Positions 13,401 through 28,400 of a DNA stretch of 64,000 nt are shown here, one piece after another. The stretch spans positions 50,034,001 through 50,098,000 of the forward strand of contig OZ320317.1 in assembly GCA_976226885.1 (NCBI GenBank), given 5' to 3'. Position numbers and translations under genes: made by a program. Source of the stretch: Iphione sp. A-MEVVRFRX5. Its lineage: Eukaryota. The notes beneath the pieces were generated by a model. It was not told where the DNA came from, did no database searches, and was given only the letters and a program-made list of their open reading frames with translations. Positions within the stretch are counted from its first letter, which is position 1; the number at the start of each line of letters is the position of its first letter.

Positions 13401-16400
13401 CGACCAAGTCATAGTCAAGGTGGAGACACCCTCGGGCAGCCAGTTCACTACCACGGTACGTTCTATGAGGAAATTGGTATCTTCCAATTCAAAGGAACCA
13501 ACCGTTCGCCGAACCATCAAACGTTCGTCATCAGTCATGACATTGAAACCAACATTACTAGTCTGTCTATTAGCATTGCCTCAGTGGTGTAGGTCAATCC
13601 GTTGTACATTTCCAAACTGCAGTATGTCTTTTGGCTGCGCAGCGATGAGTGATGGAGATTGGAAGTTGTGAGATAGTAGATGTACTTGTGATGGTTTATG
13701 CGACAGTCTTAATATTTATGTGAAGGTGTTTCTTGTCCATAGCAATCCCGTCTCACTGTGGATGAAGAAACGTCAACATCAGTGTGCGTAGGGGAATACG
13801 CCATGATTAGGGCTAAGATCCATAAAACTAGAAAAAGTGACACATCAAAATTGCAAGTGTCTCTCTTTTTTTTTTAGAAATAACCTTTTATATTTAACAT
13901 GTCGAATTTAGTTGTAGAACGAACACTTTATCAAGGGTGCAAGTTTGATCGATTCGGAGCAAATCAGCTATTCATAATATTTACCAAATTGCCATTCTTT
14001 CCAAGGTGGATGTTGACGAGAACCAACCATCTCAAACTGTCGATGTTAGCATTCCCGACGGCTTGGAGCTGGGCAAGATTACGATTACCATTATTCCAAA
14101 TAATGTCACAGAACCTGTCACCATCAGTGACGTTACTATCAAAGTCTGCGCACACCCTGGTAAGAGCCATCTATTCTCAAATTATTCTCGTCGATTTACT
14201 CATGCACCAGCCAGTCATGGAATGAATACGTTTATGCGAACAAAAAACCTTATTTCGAAAAATAAATCAATGCTTTAGCTTAAAATTAAACGAAGTATAG
14301 AAATATCAAATGATCATATAAAAATAAGATAAAATTTGTACATTTGAAGATTACGGCAATTCATATTTCAGTAACAACTACATTGTCAACAGTGGTGCCA
14401 ACAACGACAACAACACCAGGAACCACACCATCGACTACCACTGCAGTAACTGGCACGACAACAACTGCCATAACTGAAACAACAGGTGGGACTGCAACAA
14501 CAACTACTGGTATAACAGCTACAACTACCACTGCATCAGGAACAACAACAACCCCAGGTATCTCATCAAGTACAACTGGCACAACAAGTACCCAAACAGT
14601 TGTATTAGAAACTACACAGCCTCCAACAACAACAACTAGTCTAGGAACTATTTCATACACAACAACTCAATTGACTGGCACAACCACGACTGGTGTGACA
14701 GGCACATCTACCACTGGTGTGACAGGAACTACCACAACACCAGGTGTGCATGTGACAACATCAACACCCACTATGGGAACAACCACAACACCAGGAGTAT
14801 ACAGTACAACTACAACAGGTACAACTGGAACCACAAGTGTCACAGGTACTACTGGAGGAACTAGCACCACGACCACTGGTGTGACAGGTACCACTACCAC
14901 TAGTGTGACTGGAACTACCACAACACCAGGTGTACATGTGACAACATCAACACCAACTGTTGGAACAACAACAACACCAGGACTGTACAGTACAACTACC
15001 ACAGGTACAACTGGAACCACAAGTGTGACAGGTACTACTGGAGGAACTAGCACCACGACCACTGGTGTGACAGGTACCACTACTACTGGGGTGACTGGAA
15101 CTACCACAACACCAGGTGTACATGTGACAACATCAACACCCACTGTTGGAACGACCACAACACCAGGAGTATATAGTACAACAACAGGTACAACTAGAAC
15201 CACAAGTGTGACAGGTACTACTGGAGGAACTAGCACCACCAGTACTGGTGTGACAGGTACCACTACCACTAGTGTGACTGGAACTACCACAACACCAGGT
15301 GTGCATGTGACAACATCAACACCCACTGTTGGAACAACCACAACACCAGGAGTGTACAGTACAACTACAACAGGTACAACTGGAACCACAAGTGTGACAG
15401 TTTCTACTGGAGGAACTAGCACCACCAGTACTGGTGTGACAGGTACAACCACCACTGTTGTGACTGGAACTACCACAACACCAGGTGTGCATGTGACAAC
15501 ATCAACACCGACTGCTGGAACAACCACAACACCAGGAGTATATAGTACAACAACAGGTACAACTGGAACCACAAGTGTGACAGGTACTACTGGAGGAACT
15601 AGCACCACCACCACTGGTGTGACAGGTACCACTACTACTGGGGTGACTGGAACTACCACAACACCTGGTGTGCATGTGACAACATCAACACCCACTGTTG
15701 GAACAACAACAACACCAGGACTGTACAGTACAACTACAACAGGTACAACTGGAACCACAAGTGTGACAGGTACTACTGGAGGAACTAGCACCACGACCAC
15801 TGGTGTGATAGGTACCACTACTACTGGGGTGACTGGAACTACCACAACACCTGGTGTGCATGTGACAACATCAACACCCACTGTTGGAACAACCACAACA
15901 CCAGGACTGTACAGTACAACTACGACAGGTACAACTGGAACCACAAGTGTGACAGGTACTACTGGAGTAACTAGCACTACGACCACTGGTGTGACAGGTA
16001 CCACTACCACTGGTGTGTCTGGAACTACCACAACACCAGGTGTACATGTGACAACATCAACACCGACTGTTGGAACAACCACAACACCAGGAGTGTACAG
16101 TACAACTACAACAGGTACAACTGGAACCACAAGTGTGACAGGTACTACTGGAGTAACTAGCACTACGACCACTGGTGTGACAGGTACCACTACCACTGGT
16201 GTGTCTGGAACTACCACAACACCAGGTGTACATGTGACAACATCAACACCGACTGTTGGAACAACCACAACACCAGGAGTGTACAGTACAACTACAACAG
16301 GTACAACTGGAACCACAAGTGTGACAGGTACTACAGGTGTGACTGGAACTACCACTACTAGTGTCACAGGCACTACTGTCATTACAAGCTCAACAACTTC

Positions 16401-19400
16401 ATCACAATTCACAACTGCTGTGCCAGTAACAACAACAAGTAAGTTATGTTGTAACATTTTTGTTACCTCTATATGGACATGCCCCTTGAACTATATGATT
16501 GGTATGTAAAATTAGTACCAGAAAATTGTTTTGTTTGTTTTAGATGTTTCAAATTAATATTCTGGCACAGGAATGATTTGAAATAATTTATGAACCAGTC
16601 TGTATAGTATCAGTAAGAAATGTATTCATCTTCTTTAGCTGTAAATTATTGGAAATATACAAGTTTAAATATGGTGTTTGAAAGTGGTTTTTTTATTCTC
16701 TTTCCTATATGTTTATATATGCCACATTACAAACTGATTTTTGATTACTAAATGATTATATGTACATAGGATGTCTTTAGTCTATGTACGTGTACATGTT
16801 TATTCTATGACAAGGCAATAACAGTGTGTATGTAATTTGGAAAGGGTATGTTTTAAGTAAAAGAGTCAAGGTATGGATATTGCTTCAACTACAGACACTT
16901 GTTTGAGTATGTGTATAATGACAAAATATATATAGAGTAGTGTAGCCTGTAATTTTGTGCTGTATATGGTCTTTTTATATATTGTTTCAGCACCTTGTGC
17001 AAATGGCATCAGACTCTGGGATGCCATCAATAATATTGGCTTTACTGCTCAAAGTGGAACAGGACAGAATGCAACAGATATTCTGAAGGGTTCTGGGACT
17101 TCTTATATACCTGTTGTGGATGCCAATAATCAAACAAAGGTCATTTTTGAAACTACTTTCCCTGGAGGAATCACTGGCCTGCTGGACTTTAGTTTTGTAG
17201 CTCAAGGTGGAATAAAAGTTGTGATGGAAATTTATGGTGCAAATGGATTCAAGTACTTCTGGAATCAGGTAAAATCGGAGAAAAAACTTTAAACCTCTTA
17301 TCTCAAAATTGTGTTGATTTATTCAAGTATGTTGATAAAAACTAAACATTAATAAATACTTTGCAGTAGACATAGGTTCTATTGTAACCAAAAGTTCCAA
17401 ACTGAAAGTTATCCTTCCTTAGAGATTATGATTAAAGAAAACATGTAAAATTATATACATTCATAATATAACTATTAATGTACAATGTAGTTTACTTTTT
17501 GTCTTGTGCTAAGTTTTTCATGAGAAATGTAATTCATTTATATACATTCCCATTTCCAGTTGACCTTCCCTGATAGCAACAAGGAATACTATGCCAAGCC
17601 AACCATTGGAACTGTAAACTATGCAGTTGGACGGATTGAGCTGACAATCACTGCTCAGACCAATCAACCAATTCTAAAGGACTTCATGGCAGAATTCTGT
17701 GAGGAAGTTACAACTACAGCAACAACCACTACAACCGCTGGTGTGGTCACAACTGCAACTCCTCCAACCCCAACAACAAGTATGTCACTGTATACCCTAT
17801 ATGCTCTCTTCATGAATCATATCTGATCAGGTTACAAAGCTTGTCCCAGAAAAATTTTCAATTTCTTTTAGATAGTTTATTTAATCTGTGAGTACTGACA
17901 TGAATTAGAAAAGAATTTATCAATCAATTTGAATAATATGTGCAAAAATTCTGTTCACCTTCCATGCCAATAAACTATTCTAAATATGTAAGTCTAAAGA
18001 TGAAGTCTGAAAATTATATGTATATTAGTCTTTCCTATACACATGGTAAATTATAAACTGGTATCATTACTGAATAACTAATCACAAAATAAGATATCTC
18101 TTATTTTAGGTATATATTTTATATTATTTGTCACTGTTTTGACTATTATATATCATACATCAATGAATCAACCCACTCATCTTATTCTTGATATTTTTAA
18201 CCTTCAAGCTCCATGTGCCAATGGAATCCATCTTTGGGACAGTAGTCATACACTTGGATTTACTGTTGAAAGTGAGACAGGACAAGATGCATCTGATATC
18301 TTAAAGGGATCAGGAACATCTTACAGTCCAGTGCCAGATGCTAACAACCAGACAAAGGTCATCTTTGAAGTAACTACTCCTGGAGGAATTACAGGACTTC
18401 TCGATTTTGATTTTATTGTGCAAGGTGGAATATCTGTGATAATAGAAATTTATGGCACAAATGGCTTCAAATATTTCTGGCATCAGGTAAGTAATTTCAT
18501 CAATTTGTATCAAGTGTTTCATTGCTTAGTACCTCTATGCCATATATTGAATCAGCTTTCTCACAAAATTGATATATACAGTGTTTCTGAGACTAATTCC
18601 AAACATAACATGGGTATATAGATAATTTATGTAATGTAGCTTACTAGACTATTGTATCTTTCCAATTCATTTGAAAATTACCATCAATACCTAAATAATG
18701 TGAAATTAGCTGAATATTTATTGTTGTAATTATCAAATATTACAAAATATCCACTATTCCAGGATGACACCTAGCTGATTTGCCCTTATCTGTCATTAAT
18801 CTTAATTTGGTTATGCATTAAAAGGATCTGAAAAAACTGGGGCATCTTTTACATAGCTTGGCAGTCCTATTTGTATGTATCTTATTATCAATAAACACAA
18901 GGAATGTATGTGTTTATGTATGAAGTGTTTCCAGCTAGATGAATTAAAAAAAGTGAGACTAATAAGACATGTAGTTATATTTGTATTTAAAATAAATACT
19001 TAAACAAAGGTTGACATAGAAATCTTATTTGATATTTTCCAGATGAACTTCCCTGACAGTAACCAGGAATACTTTTCTAATCCATCTCTTGGAACAATCA
19101 CCTATGCAGTGGATAGAATTGAATTGATAGTCATCTCCCAAAATTATCAGCCTGTACTGAAGGACTTTATGGCTGAATTCTGTGAAGAAGTAACAACAAC
19201 AGAAACTACAACAACAACATCAGGGGAAATGACAACTGCTACACCTCCAACAACTTCTGTATCAAGTACTACTAGTATACCTGGAACCACCACCAGTGTA
19301 ACAGGTACCACAGGTGTGACTGGAACATCAACCACAGAAATGACTGGAACAACCACAACAACAGGAGTGACTAGTACTACTGGTGTGACTGGCACCACAA

Positions 19401-22400
19401 CTACTGGTGTAACGGGTACCACTACCACTGGTGTGACTGGAACTACCACAACACCAGGTGTGCATGTGACAACATCAACACCCACTGTGGAAACAACCAC
19501 AACACCAGGAGTGTACAGTACAACTACAACAGGTACAACTGGAACCACAAGTATCACAGGTACTACTGGAGGAACTAGCACCACCAGTACTGGTGTGACA
19601 GGTACCACTACCACTGGTGTGACTGGAACTACCACAACACCAGGTGTACATGTGACAACATCAACTCCCACTGTTGGAACAACCACAACACCAGGAGTGT
19701 ACAGTACAACTACAACAGGTACAACTGGAACCACAAGTGTAACAGGTACTACTGGAGGAACTAGCACCACCACCACCGGTGTGACAGGTACCACTACCAC
19801 TGGTGTGACTGGAACCACCACAACACCTGGTGTGCATGTGACAACATCAACACCCACTGTTGGAACAACCACAACACCAGGAGTGTACAGTACAACTACA
19901 ACAGGTACAACTGGAACCACAAGTGTGACAGGTACTACTGGAGGAACTAGCACCACCACTACTGGTGTGACAGGTACCACTACCACTAGTGTGACTGGAA
20001 CTACCACAACACCAGGTGTACATGTGACAACATCAACCCCCACTGTTGGAACAACCACAACACCAGGAGTGTACAGTACAACTACGACAGGTACAACTGG
20101 AACCACAAGTGTGACAGGTACTACTGGAGGAACTAGCACCACCACCACCGGTGTGACAGGTACCACTACGACTGGTGTGACTGCAACAACCACAACACCT
20201 GGTGTGCATGTGACAACATCAACACCCACTGTTGGAACAACCACAACACCAGGAGTGTACAGTACAACTACAACAGGTACAACTGGAACCACAAGTGTGA
20301 CAGGTACTACTGGAGGAACTAGCACCACCACTACTGGTGTGACAGGTACCACTACCACTGGTGTGACTGGAACTACCACAACACCAGGTGTACATGTGAC
20401 AACATCAACACCGACTGTTGGAACAACCACAACACCAGGAGTGTACAGTACAACTACGACAGGTACAACTGGAACCACAAGTGTGACAGGTGCTACTGGA
20501 GGAACTAGCACCACCACCACCGGTGTGACAGGTACCACTACGACTGGTGTGACTGCAACAACCACAACACCTGGTGTGCATGTGACAACATCAACACCCA
20601 CTGTTGGAACAACCACAACACCAGGAGTGTACAGTACAACTACAACAGGTACAACTGGAACCACAAGTGTGACAGGTACTACTGGAGGAACTAGCACCAC
20701 CAGTACTGGTGTGACAGGTACCACTACCACTGGTGTGACTGGAACTACCACAACACCTGGTGTGCATGTGACAACATCAACACCGACTGTTGGAACAACC
20801 ACAACACCAGGAGTATACAGTACAACTACAACAGGTACAACTGGAACCACAAGTGTGACAGGTACTACAGGTGTGACTGGAACAACCACCACAGGAGTGA
20901 CTGGAACAACCACAACAACAGGAGTAACTGGAACAACAACATCTCCATCATCCAGTTCCATAAGTACATCAACAATGCCTGGTGAGCTTTTGATTCAAAG
21001 ATAATTATTGTCTGAGTGGTTATACTTCAAACATTCTTTTGATGTCTGTATGTTGCTAACATTTTACCTTCCATTAAATTACAAGTGCCTGTTAACCTGG
21101 AAATACTTTTGATTGGTTGATAATTGAAATACGTGCGTGTAAGGACGTAGGAAGTACGGTATCAGAAGTAAACAGAATCATCCTGTTGATTTTTGTAGTT
21201 TGTTGGAAATGTTATTTTTGTAATGTTTAAATATAATTTTAGCTACAACAACATCTGGTCTGACAATAACAACAACAAAGGCCACAACTACCACTGGCAC
21301 AACTACTGGCACAACCTCAACTGGTACTTCTACATCAGGCACCACAACTACAGGACCCACCAGTACTGGTACTACCACACCAGGTACCGTAACTACAGGT
21401 ACCAGCACAAGTGGTACCACTACACCTGGCACTGCAACTACTACAGGTACCACAACAGCCACAACAGTTGGCACTACAACTGGAGCAACATCGACAACAA
21501 CAACAACACCAGGAACTACCACTACATGTGTCCCGACTACAACAACAACTGGGGTAACAACTACAAGTAAGGAAGTCTCTATGCATAGTTATTTTTATCT
21601 TATGTCTTGCTGCTTCTTCGCCCATCACAGTGCTTGGCCTGATCTCGTTCCGCAACTTTATTGCCCACTTTGCACCGTTTTTCTCCCGGTGAAACGTGTC
21701 ATAAATAGAATGCTAATACCCGGTACTTACATGTATGCTCACTGAAGTAAATTTGCCAGGAGGAAACGGGTCAATACTTGGGTCTGATTTAGGCATGGGA
21801 ATCTAAGGGCAAAACTTATACCATGATAATTGCGCTGCCTGTCGACGCTACCATGCTTTTGGTATGATTTTGTTTCCTCCCCTTTTTCTTATAGCGGCCC
21901 TGTGCCAGGAGGAGCTAGTGGACTACCATTTTGACAACCAAGTCGGATTCGTCATCCTCGACATGTCTGGCGCTGACGCTTCCGACGCCCTGCTCGGCTC
22001 CAACACCTCGTTTCCCGTACCGCCCGACACCAACTCGCAGTCTCTAGTTATGATTTACAACACGCTGCCTGAGCGCAAGCCCATCTTGCTCCAGCTCACC
22101 TTCTCCCTGAAGGGCTCTGAACGCGTGCAGATCGACATCTACAACAACAATGGCGTCAAGACTTATCAGAAATGGGTAGGTGTGGCAAGCAGTGCATAAT
22201 TGTATGTATACTTGAAAAATTAATCATATCATCCCCTTACTTGAAGCTCTTGTCTGCTTTTGACGAACAGTAGATAACGGGATGCATTTGATATCTTCTA
22301 AGTTTGGAGGCACTCAGAAACTACTTTATTTCAAAAGGCAGGGCCAAGACATGTTACACGGACCGTGTGATCTGAACTGTGCAGCCTTTGCCACATTGAA

Positions 22401-25400
22401 TAATTCTGCCCTGTGTCACCTACTCATCGGGTACGTTCCATGGTTCTTCCGTGGGTTCTTTTGATATCACCCATGAGACGATTCATCATCCGCTTTATGA
22501 CCATTTCTGCAGATGAATATCTTCGACCCTAGTGTATATCAGGGTATCGCGCCCGATGTTCTCGGTCAAAACATTGAGGTGGGCAGGATCGAGATCCATC
22601 TGACTGCCATCCCCGCTGCCATGCCGCATCTCAAGCAGTTGACAGCCACCTTCTGTATCGAGTCAGGTAATTAGTATGTTTCTCATTTTCTACCGGTGCT
22701 CAAATCAGTGTATTAAAGGTGTGTAGTATTTGAAATGACAAGACAGTCCAAGAGTGTAAGAATAATCCAACAAGGTAGCGTTACCCTTGTCCTTAATATT
22801 TCAACATAGAAAGTTACTGGTCGCTGGTATTCATACAATATGTAATTCTATAGATATATGTAGGACACGGAATGTGATCATGGTCAGTAAATGTATGTGA
22901 AACGAAATAATTTATTGGTTAACCTTTAGGTACAACCACCAGCACCGTAACACCGACTACACAAGTGACAGGCACCACAACAGCAGGTTAGTTTAAAAAA
23001 AGGCGTAATCGTTATTTCTAAAAGGTAAAATTACAATTTTCACATGAATTAATATCTACAGTTTGTTAGAGAAAAATTGTAATAGTGTAATTTTTGCCGA
23101 GAATTGATATGGGAAAATGAAATAAAAATGGTTTCTTCCCGCAGTGACAGCCACAACAACTGTGACCACACCACCTACAACAACAACGACTGCACGTGAG
23201 TTTCTCTCGTATTCCTTGACTGTCAGTCTGAAACGAAAGAAAAACCGGTTTGTTTTAAATCTCACTGCTAAATTCACCATGATTGTGACAGTATTGTTCT
23301 GAAAATAACCTGCGATGACTTGTGCTTGACCATGATTAAGAATATTTGTTGCTACGATGGCAATTTAGACCAGTCTCACCTTCCTTCCAGCACTCTGTGT
23401 TCATGACCATCAAACACTAACTGCCGTCCAGAACACTGACTTCAGCGTGCAGAGCCCCAATGGAGGTGACGCCTCTGCTGCCCTGTTATACTCGGGCGCC
23501 AACTACACTTCAGTGCCCGACGTCAGTGGCGAAGATAAGGTTGTCATCGCACCCTTGTCGACAGATGGCACCACTGAGCTGCTCACAATCAGCTTTAGTA
23601 CGCTCGGAGCCACCCAGATCAAGCTCGAAGTCTATGGCACTCAAGGTTTCAAGCTCTTCTGGCAGGTGGTAGGTATCTTTCTGGCCTTAATGGATGAGGA
23701 TGATGTTTACGTTAGTACCTAACACTAAAGATCAGATAAAGTAAGATGAAGCCGAACGAGTTTATTTTAAGCTTGAATTATCGAAGTGTGTTTGTTTGTT
23801 TGTTTGTTTGTGTGCTTCGGTGAGGAACCGGGTGGAATGTCATGGTTGTATTTTGTTACGTTCTTGCGGTGTAAGAGTGTGCGATGATTTGATTTTAATT
23901 AAACTCTGACAATCTAGGTCTGGATTGTAATTTGTTGCAGTATAATGTACCCAACAATGGACTTCCGTTTGCTGTCACCCCTCAATTACCCAGCTGGGAA
24001 GTGATGATTGGTCGCGTTGAGATCACTCTTGTTGGAGCTTCTGTCACTATCGAGGACCTGACAGCCGAATTCTGTCACACACCATCAGGTGAAAACCAAC
24101 TTCAGCTTTACGCCGCAGCTCACTTAAGCTATCGGGACACTATAGACAATGCAATGAGCAAATTTAAATTTAAAGCGTAATTCCATTTGTTTCCATTTAC
24201 GGTTAAGTGTAGCACTATGGACGGACATCAGTGCACGTAGGCCAATCGAAAAACAAATCGGCACAATGTTTGCGTCAGTGTGTGAATGTCAGTTTACATT
24301 TATGGCGTGAAATGCCATGTGCATTTATTGAATAATGTAAATCGGGTAAGAGACTGGCTATCTGTATAAAAGGCCTGTGCATCACATGCATATGGCAACC
24401 TCTCATATAGGAGAATAGAGAGAAAATGTTTATTTCTCACTCTCAGTTTGTATTGAAGACATTGTCATCAAAGCAGTATGTTCCATTATAAAAAGTAATC
24501 TTTCAATATTGACATGCCATGTATCATATAATAACATCAGTATTTAATACAGAAACAACCACAACAACTTCGGCAACTACAACAACAACAGTCCCAACCA
24601 CTACAACTCTTCCAACCACAACAACAGTTCTTACAACAACAACACCTGGCACAACCACTACACCAATTGTGACCACAACCACAACAGGAACTACAGCTAC
24701 AACTACTACAGGTGGTACAACTACACCAACCAGTGCTACCACAACAAGTGGAGTTTCAACCTCAACAACTACACCAGGAGTCACAAGCACAACTACAGGA
24801 ACTACAACCAGCCCAACCACAGCTACCACTAGTCCAGTATCAGTAACAACAACAACACCTGGCACAACCACCACACCAAGTGTGACCACAACCACAACAG
24901 GAACTACAGCTACAACTACTACAGGTAGTTCAACTACAACAACCAGTGCTACCACAACAAGTGGAGTTTCAAGCACAACAACTACACCGGGAGTCACAAG
25001 CACAACTACAGGAACTACAACCAGCCCAACCACAGCTACCACTAGTCCAGTATCAATAACAACAACAACACCTGGCACAACCACTACACCAAGTGTGACC
25101 ACAACCACAACAGGAACTACAGCTACAACTACTACAGGTAGTTCAACTACATCAACCAGTGGGACCACAACAAGTGGAGTCTCAAGCACAACAACTACAC
25201 CAGGAGTCACAAGCACAACTACAGGAACCAGCCCAACCACAGCTACCACTAGTCCGGTATCAATAACAACAACAACAACACCTGTGCTTTCTACAACAAG
25301 CACTCAAACTACAACTTCTATTAGCACAACAAGTGTGACGACTATATCCACAACCACTGGAGGTATAGTAGTATATGTACTTTGTCTTGCGTTGTCCATT

Positions 25401-28400
25401 TTTCAGATTTCATTATTTGAATGCGTTATTATTCGTCACCCTGTACCTTGATCTTTGGATGAAAATCTTAACTTTTCATGAATTTTCCATCCTCAGCAGA
25501 ACAATGCTCTTTCGAAGTAATCTAACTCTTCACCATCATTTTCATGAGTCAATTAGTGCGTTTCTCTTGACCCGTGTCTCTATGAAATATCCAACAGTTG
25601 CCGTCTGCTCTGAAAACATCACCGACTTTGCCATTCTGGATGGCAGCGGCCTCGATGCCAGCACTATTGTGTCGGGCGGCATCTTCGCGCCCACTGTTAA
25701 TAGTGCCAACAAGGCCGTCTTGAACATAACTAGCCTGATGGAGCCTGACCTAGCGTCGCTTGACCTTGTTGAGCTGGAGGTCACCGGCGTACAGCAGGTC
25801 AAGGTCACGGTCTACAATGGTGACGGATTCATGACCTTCCTGCAATTCGTGAGTGGTTTTGTCTCCTTTGTCCTACAAAAAAATCATATTTTTAAACTGA
25901 AACCATGAGAAGCAATGAACATATTATTGTGAACTTAGTGCCATCTTTGCAAAAAATAATAGCAGAACAACTGGTTTTTTTTTTATTATTCAGATCAACG
26001 TTGCTGACACCTTGACGTGGACCAATGTGGTTCCCAACCTGATAAACTCAGACCTCACTCTGGGTAGCATTGTCCTCTATATGACACCCGCTTCAACTCC
26101 CGGCAACGTACTTCAGATCCGCAGGCTCAACATGAAGTGGTGCACTGAAGTTGGTAGGTAGACACCGTCAAATCAAGAAACTGATCGTCAAAATTGCTTA
26201 TTGCTCAACATGTATACAAACCAGTGCCTACTATGTACTACTACGTGATGTGTTTGTTCCATATCTGGTTGGAATATTTGCCATTTGTAGTGTATAATGT
26301 ATTGAAATCTGCGGTTTGTATAAGTTTGTATAAGTTGAAAAGTTTTGAAAAGTTGAATAATGAACACTTTGTTCAAGTGGATATAACAGTTTCCTATCTG
26401 CTCTGTAGTCACTACCACGGTTGTACCAACGTCGACAACAACTACCACGATGACGACTACGCCGGGCGGTACCACAACAACGACACTTGGTAGCACAACA
26501 ACCACTGCCATCACAACAACAGGTACGTGCCGTAACCTCATCAACAAAGTGAAGACCGAGAGTTTAAAATCTTAAAGTTATAAGCAATCGTTTTGCAAGA
26601 AGAGATCTGTAACCTAACTTCATCGAGATCTTAGGACCAACCTTTCTGTTAAATGCTGATAGGGTACTGCGCTGACGATGTGGTCGACTTCTACTATGGC
26701 CTGAGCTCGTTCGGTGTTTACCTGGACAACGGCACCCAGATCAGCTCACTCCTGCTGGGCTCGGGTAGCATGTTTGACGACTCGGCCGCCGTGTCTACCC
26801 TTTATTTTACACCTAGCGCCACCACCGCCACACAGATGCATCTCACCTTGGTCTTCAAAGTGAAGGGTGTCGACAAGGTCACCTTCCAGGTATCCGCCGA
26901 CGGCGTGACCACTAGTCAACCGCCAGTCGAGGTGAGTTGAAGTTTCTGAGTTATTTTGTCCTTACGGGGTTTAAGTGCTTCTTACTTTTCATGTCGTGTG
27001 CTTAGTCTTCTCATTCAATCAATGGTGTAATCCAGCTGGACAGAAGCAAATTACTATCTCGTTGTGTGAGCACAACTCACGACACCTAAGTGTATTTTTA
27101 GGGATTGACGGACTCATGAATCCTCTTCATCATATCCGTTACCGTGTATTATTCATACCTGGTACAACTTTTAAAAATAAAACGTCGTCATCTTTAATAT
27201 GTTTAACAGGAGATACCCTCAGATTGCTCTACGTGGGAGGAGGTCAGTCTGCTGGTAGGCCCACCTAGTGTTCAGGTGACCAGCATCACTATCGAACTGG
27301 AGAAGGCTCCTGCGGCCCCTTCAGCCCTCGTCAAGGACCTGTTCGCCAAGGCCTGTATAGAGAATGGTAGGTCCATTGTTATATAGCCGTCAGAAATTGA
27401 AGAACGTAATTGATAATATTCGCGGTTAGTGGATGGGCGTTAGTGACATTTTATAATCATACTCACATTCATATCTCTGACGATGTCGCCATTATTACAG
27501 CCTTAATCATGCACCTCCTTTCCCTCTGGCAGTCTTTATTCTTCAATCATTTTCTTCATTTCAGTTACGACTACTACCCCAGCAATTACCTCAACCACAA
27601 CAACAGGTAAGAAAACTCCCATTGCAGGGCAGTTCATATTCATGCCTGTCTACTAGATCATGAAACCAACATTCATTTATGACGATATGATAAGGGATAT
27701 TACTTCAGATGTGCTTCTTAGGTAGCTTTAGTAATATATCTACCTTGGCCAAGCCAACCAAGAGATGCCCGCATAAGACTACCATTTTCTACACTGGGTT
27801 TCTTCTTCTCCTATGCCTTCAGCTGGGGTGTGTGTGGACTTGGACTTTGCTGAGATTGGTAGCCAACTGGTCGTCTCCGCGTCATCGTCCTCATCCACAG
27901 CGGAGCAGGCGGCTGCTGGTTCTGGCGCAGTGTGGATGCCGCTTGCTAGCGATCTTACAGATAATGAAGTTTGGTACGAAGTATCGCTCAATGCGGATGG
28001 TTCTATTTACCACGTATCATTCGAGGTGCTCGGTGCCAGCTCGGTGCAATTGCTCGTCGGCACCCTGGGATCAGTCACGCTGCAACTGGATCAAGAGGTG
28101 CGTCTGGTACAAGTCTATATGCAGGCTGTTTGTGTGTGTAAGTGACAGAAAGGCAGACAGACACTCAGAAAGACATGACAGAAGAGTCATAAACAAAAAG
28201 AGGTAGAGACACGAAAATTACACCCATAGATATATCAATGAAGAAGGATTTACTTTTAAAACGAAAGAAAGAGATAAAAATACAATTGAGTATTAAAAAT
28301 GACAGGTGTAATGAGCAAATAATGCAACAAACAAATACATGTAGTGGTCTATGTGAGCCTACTAGTCCTTGTACACAGGCTAATTCTTTACTAAAAGCGT

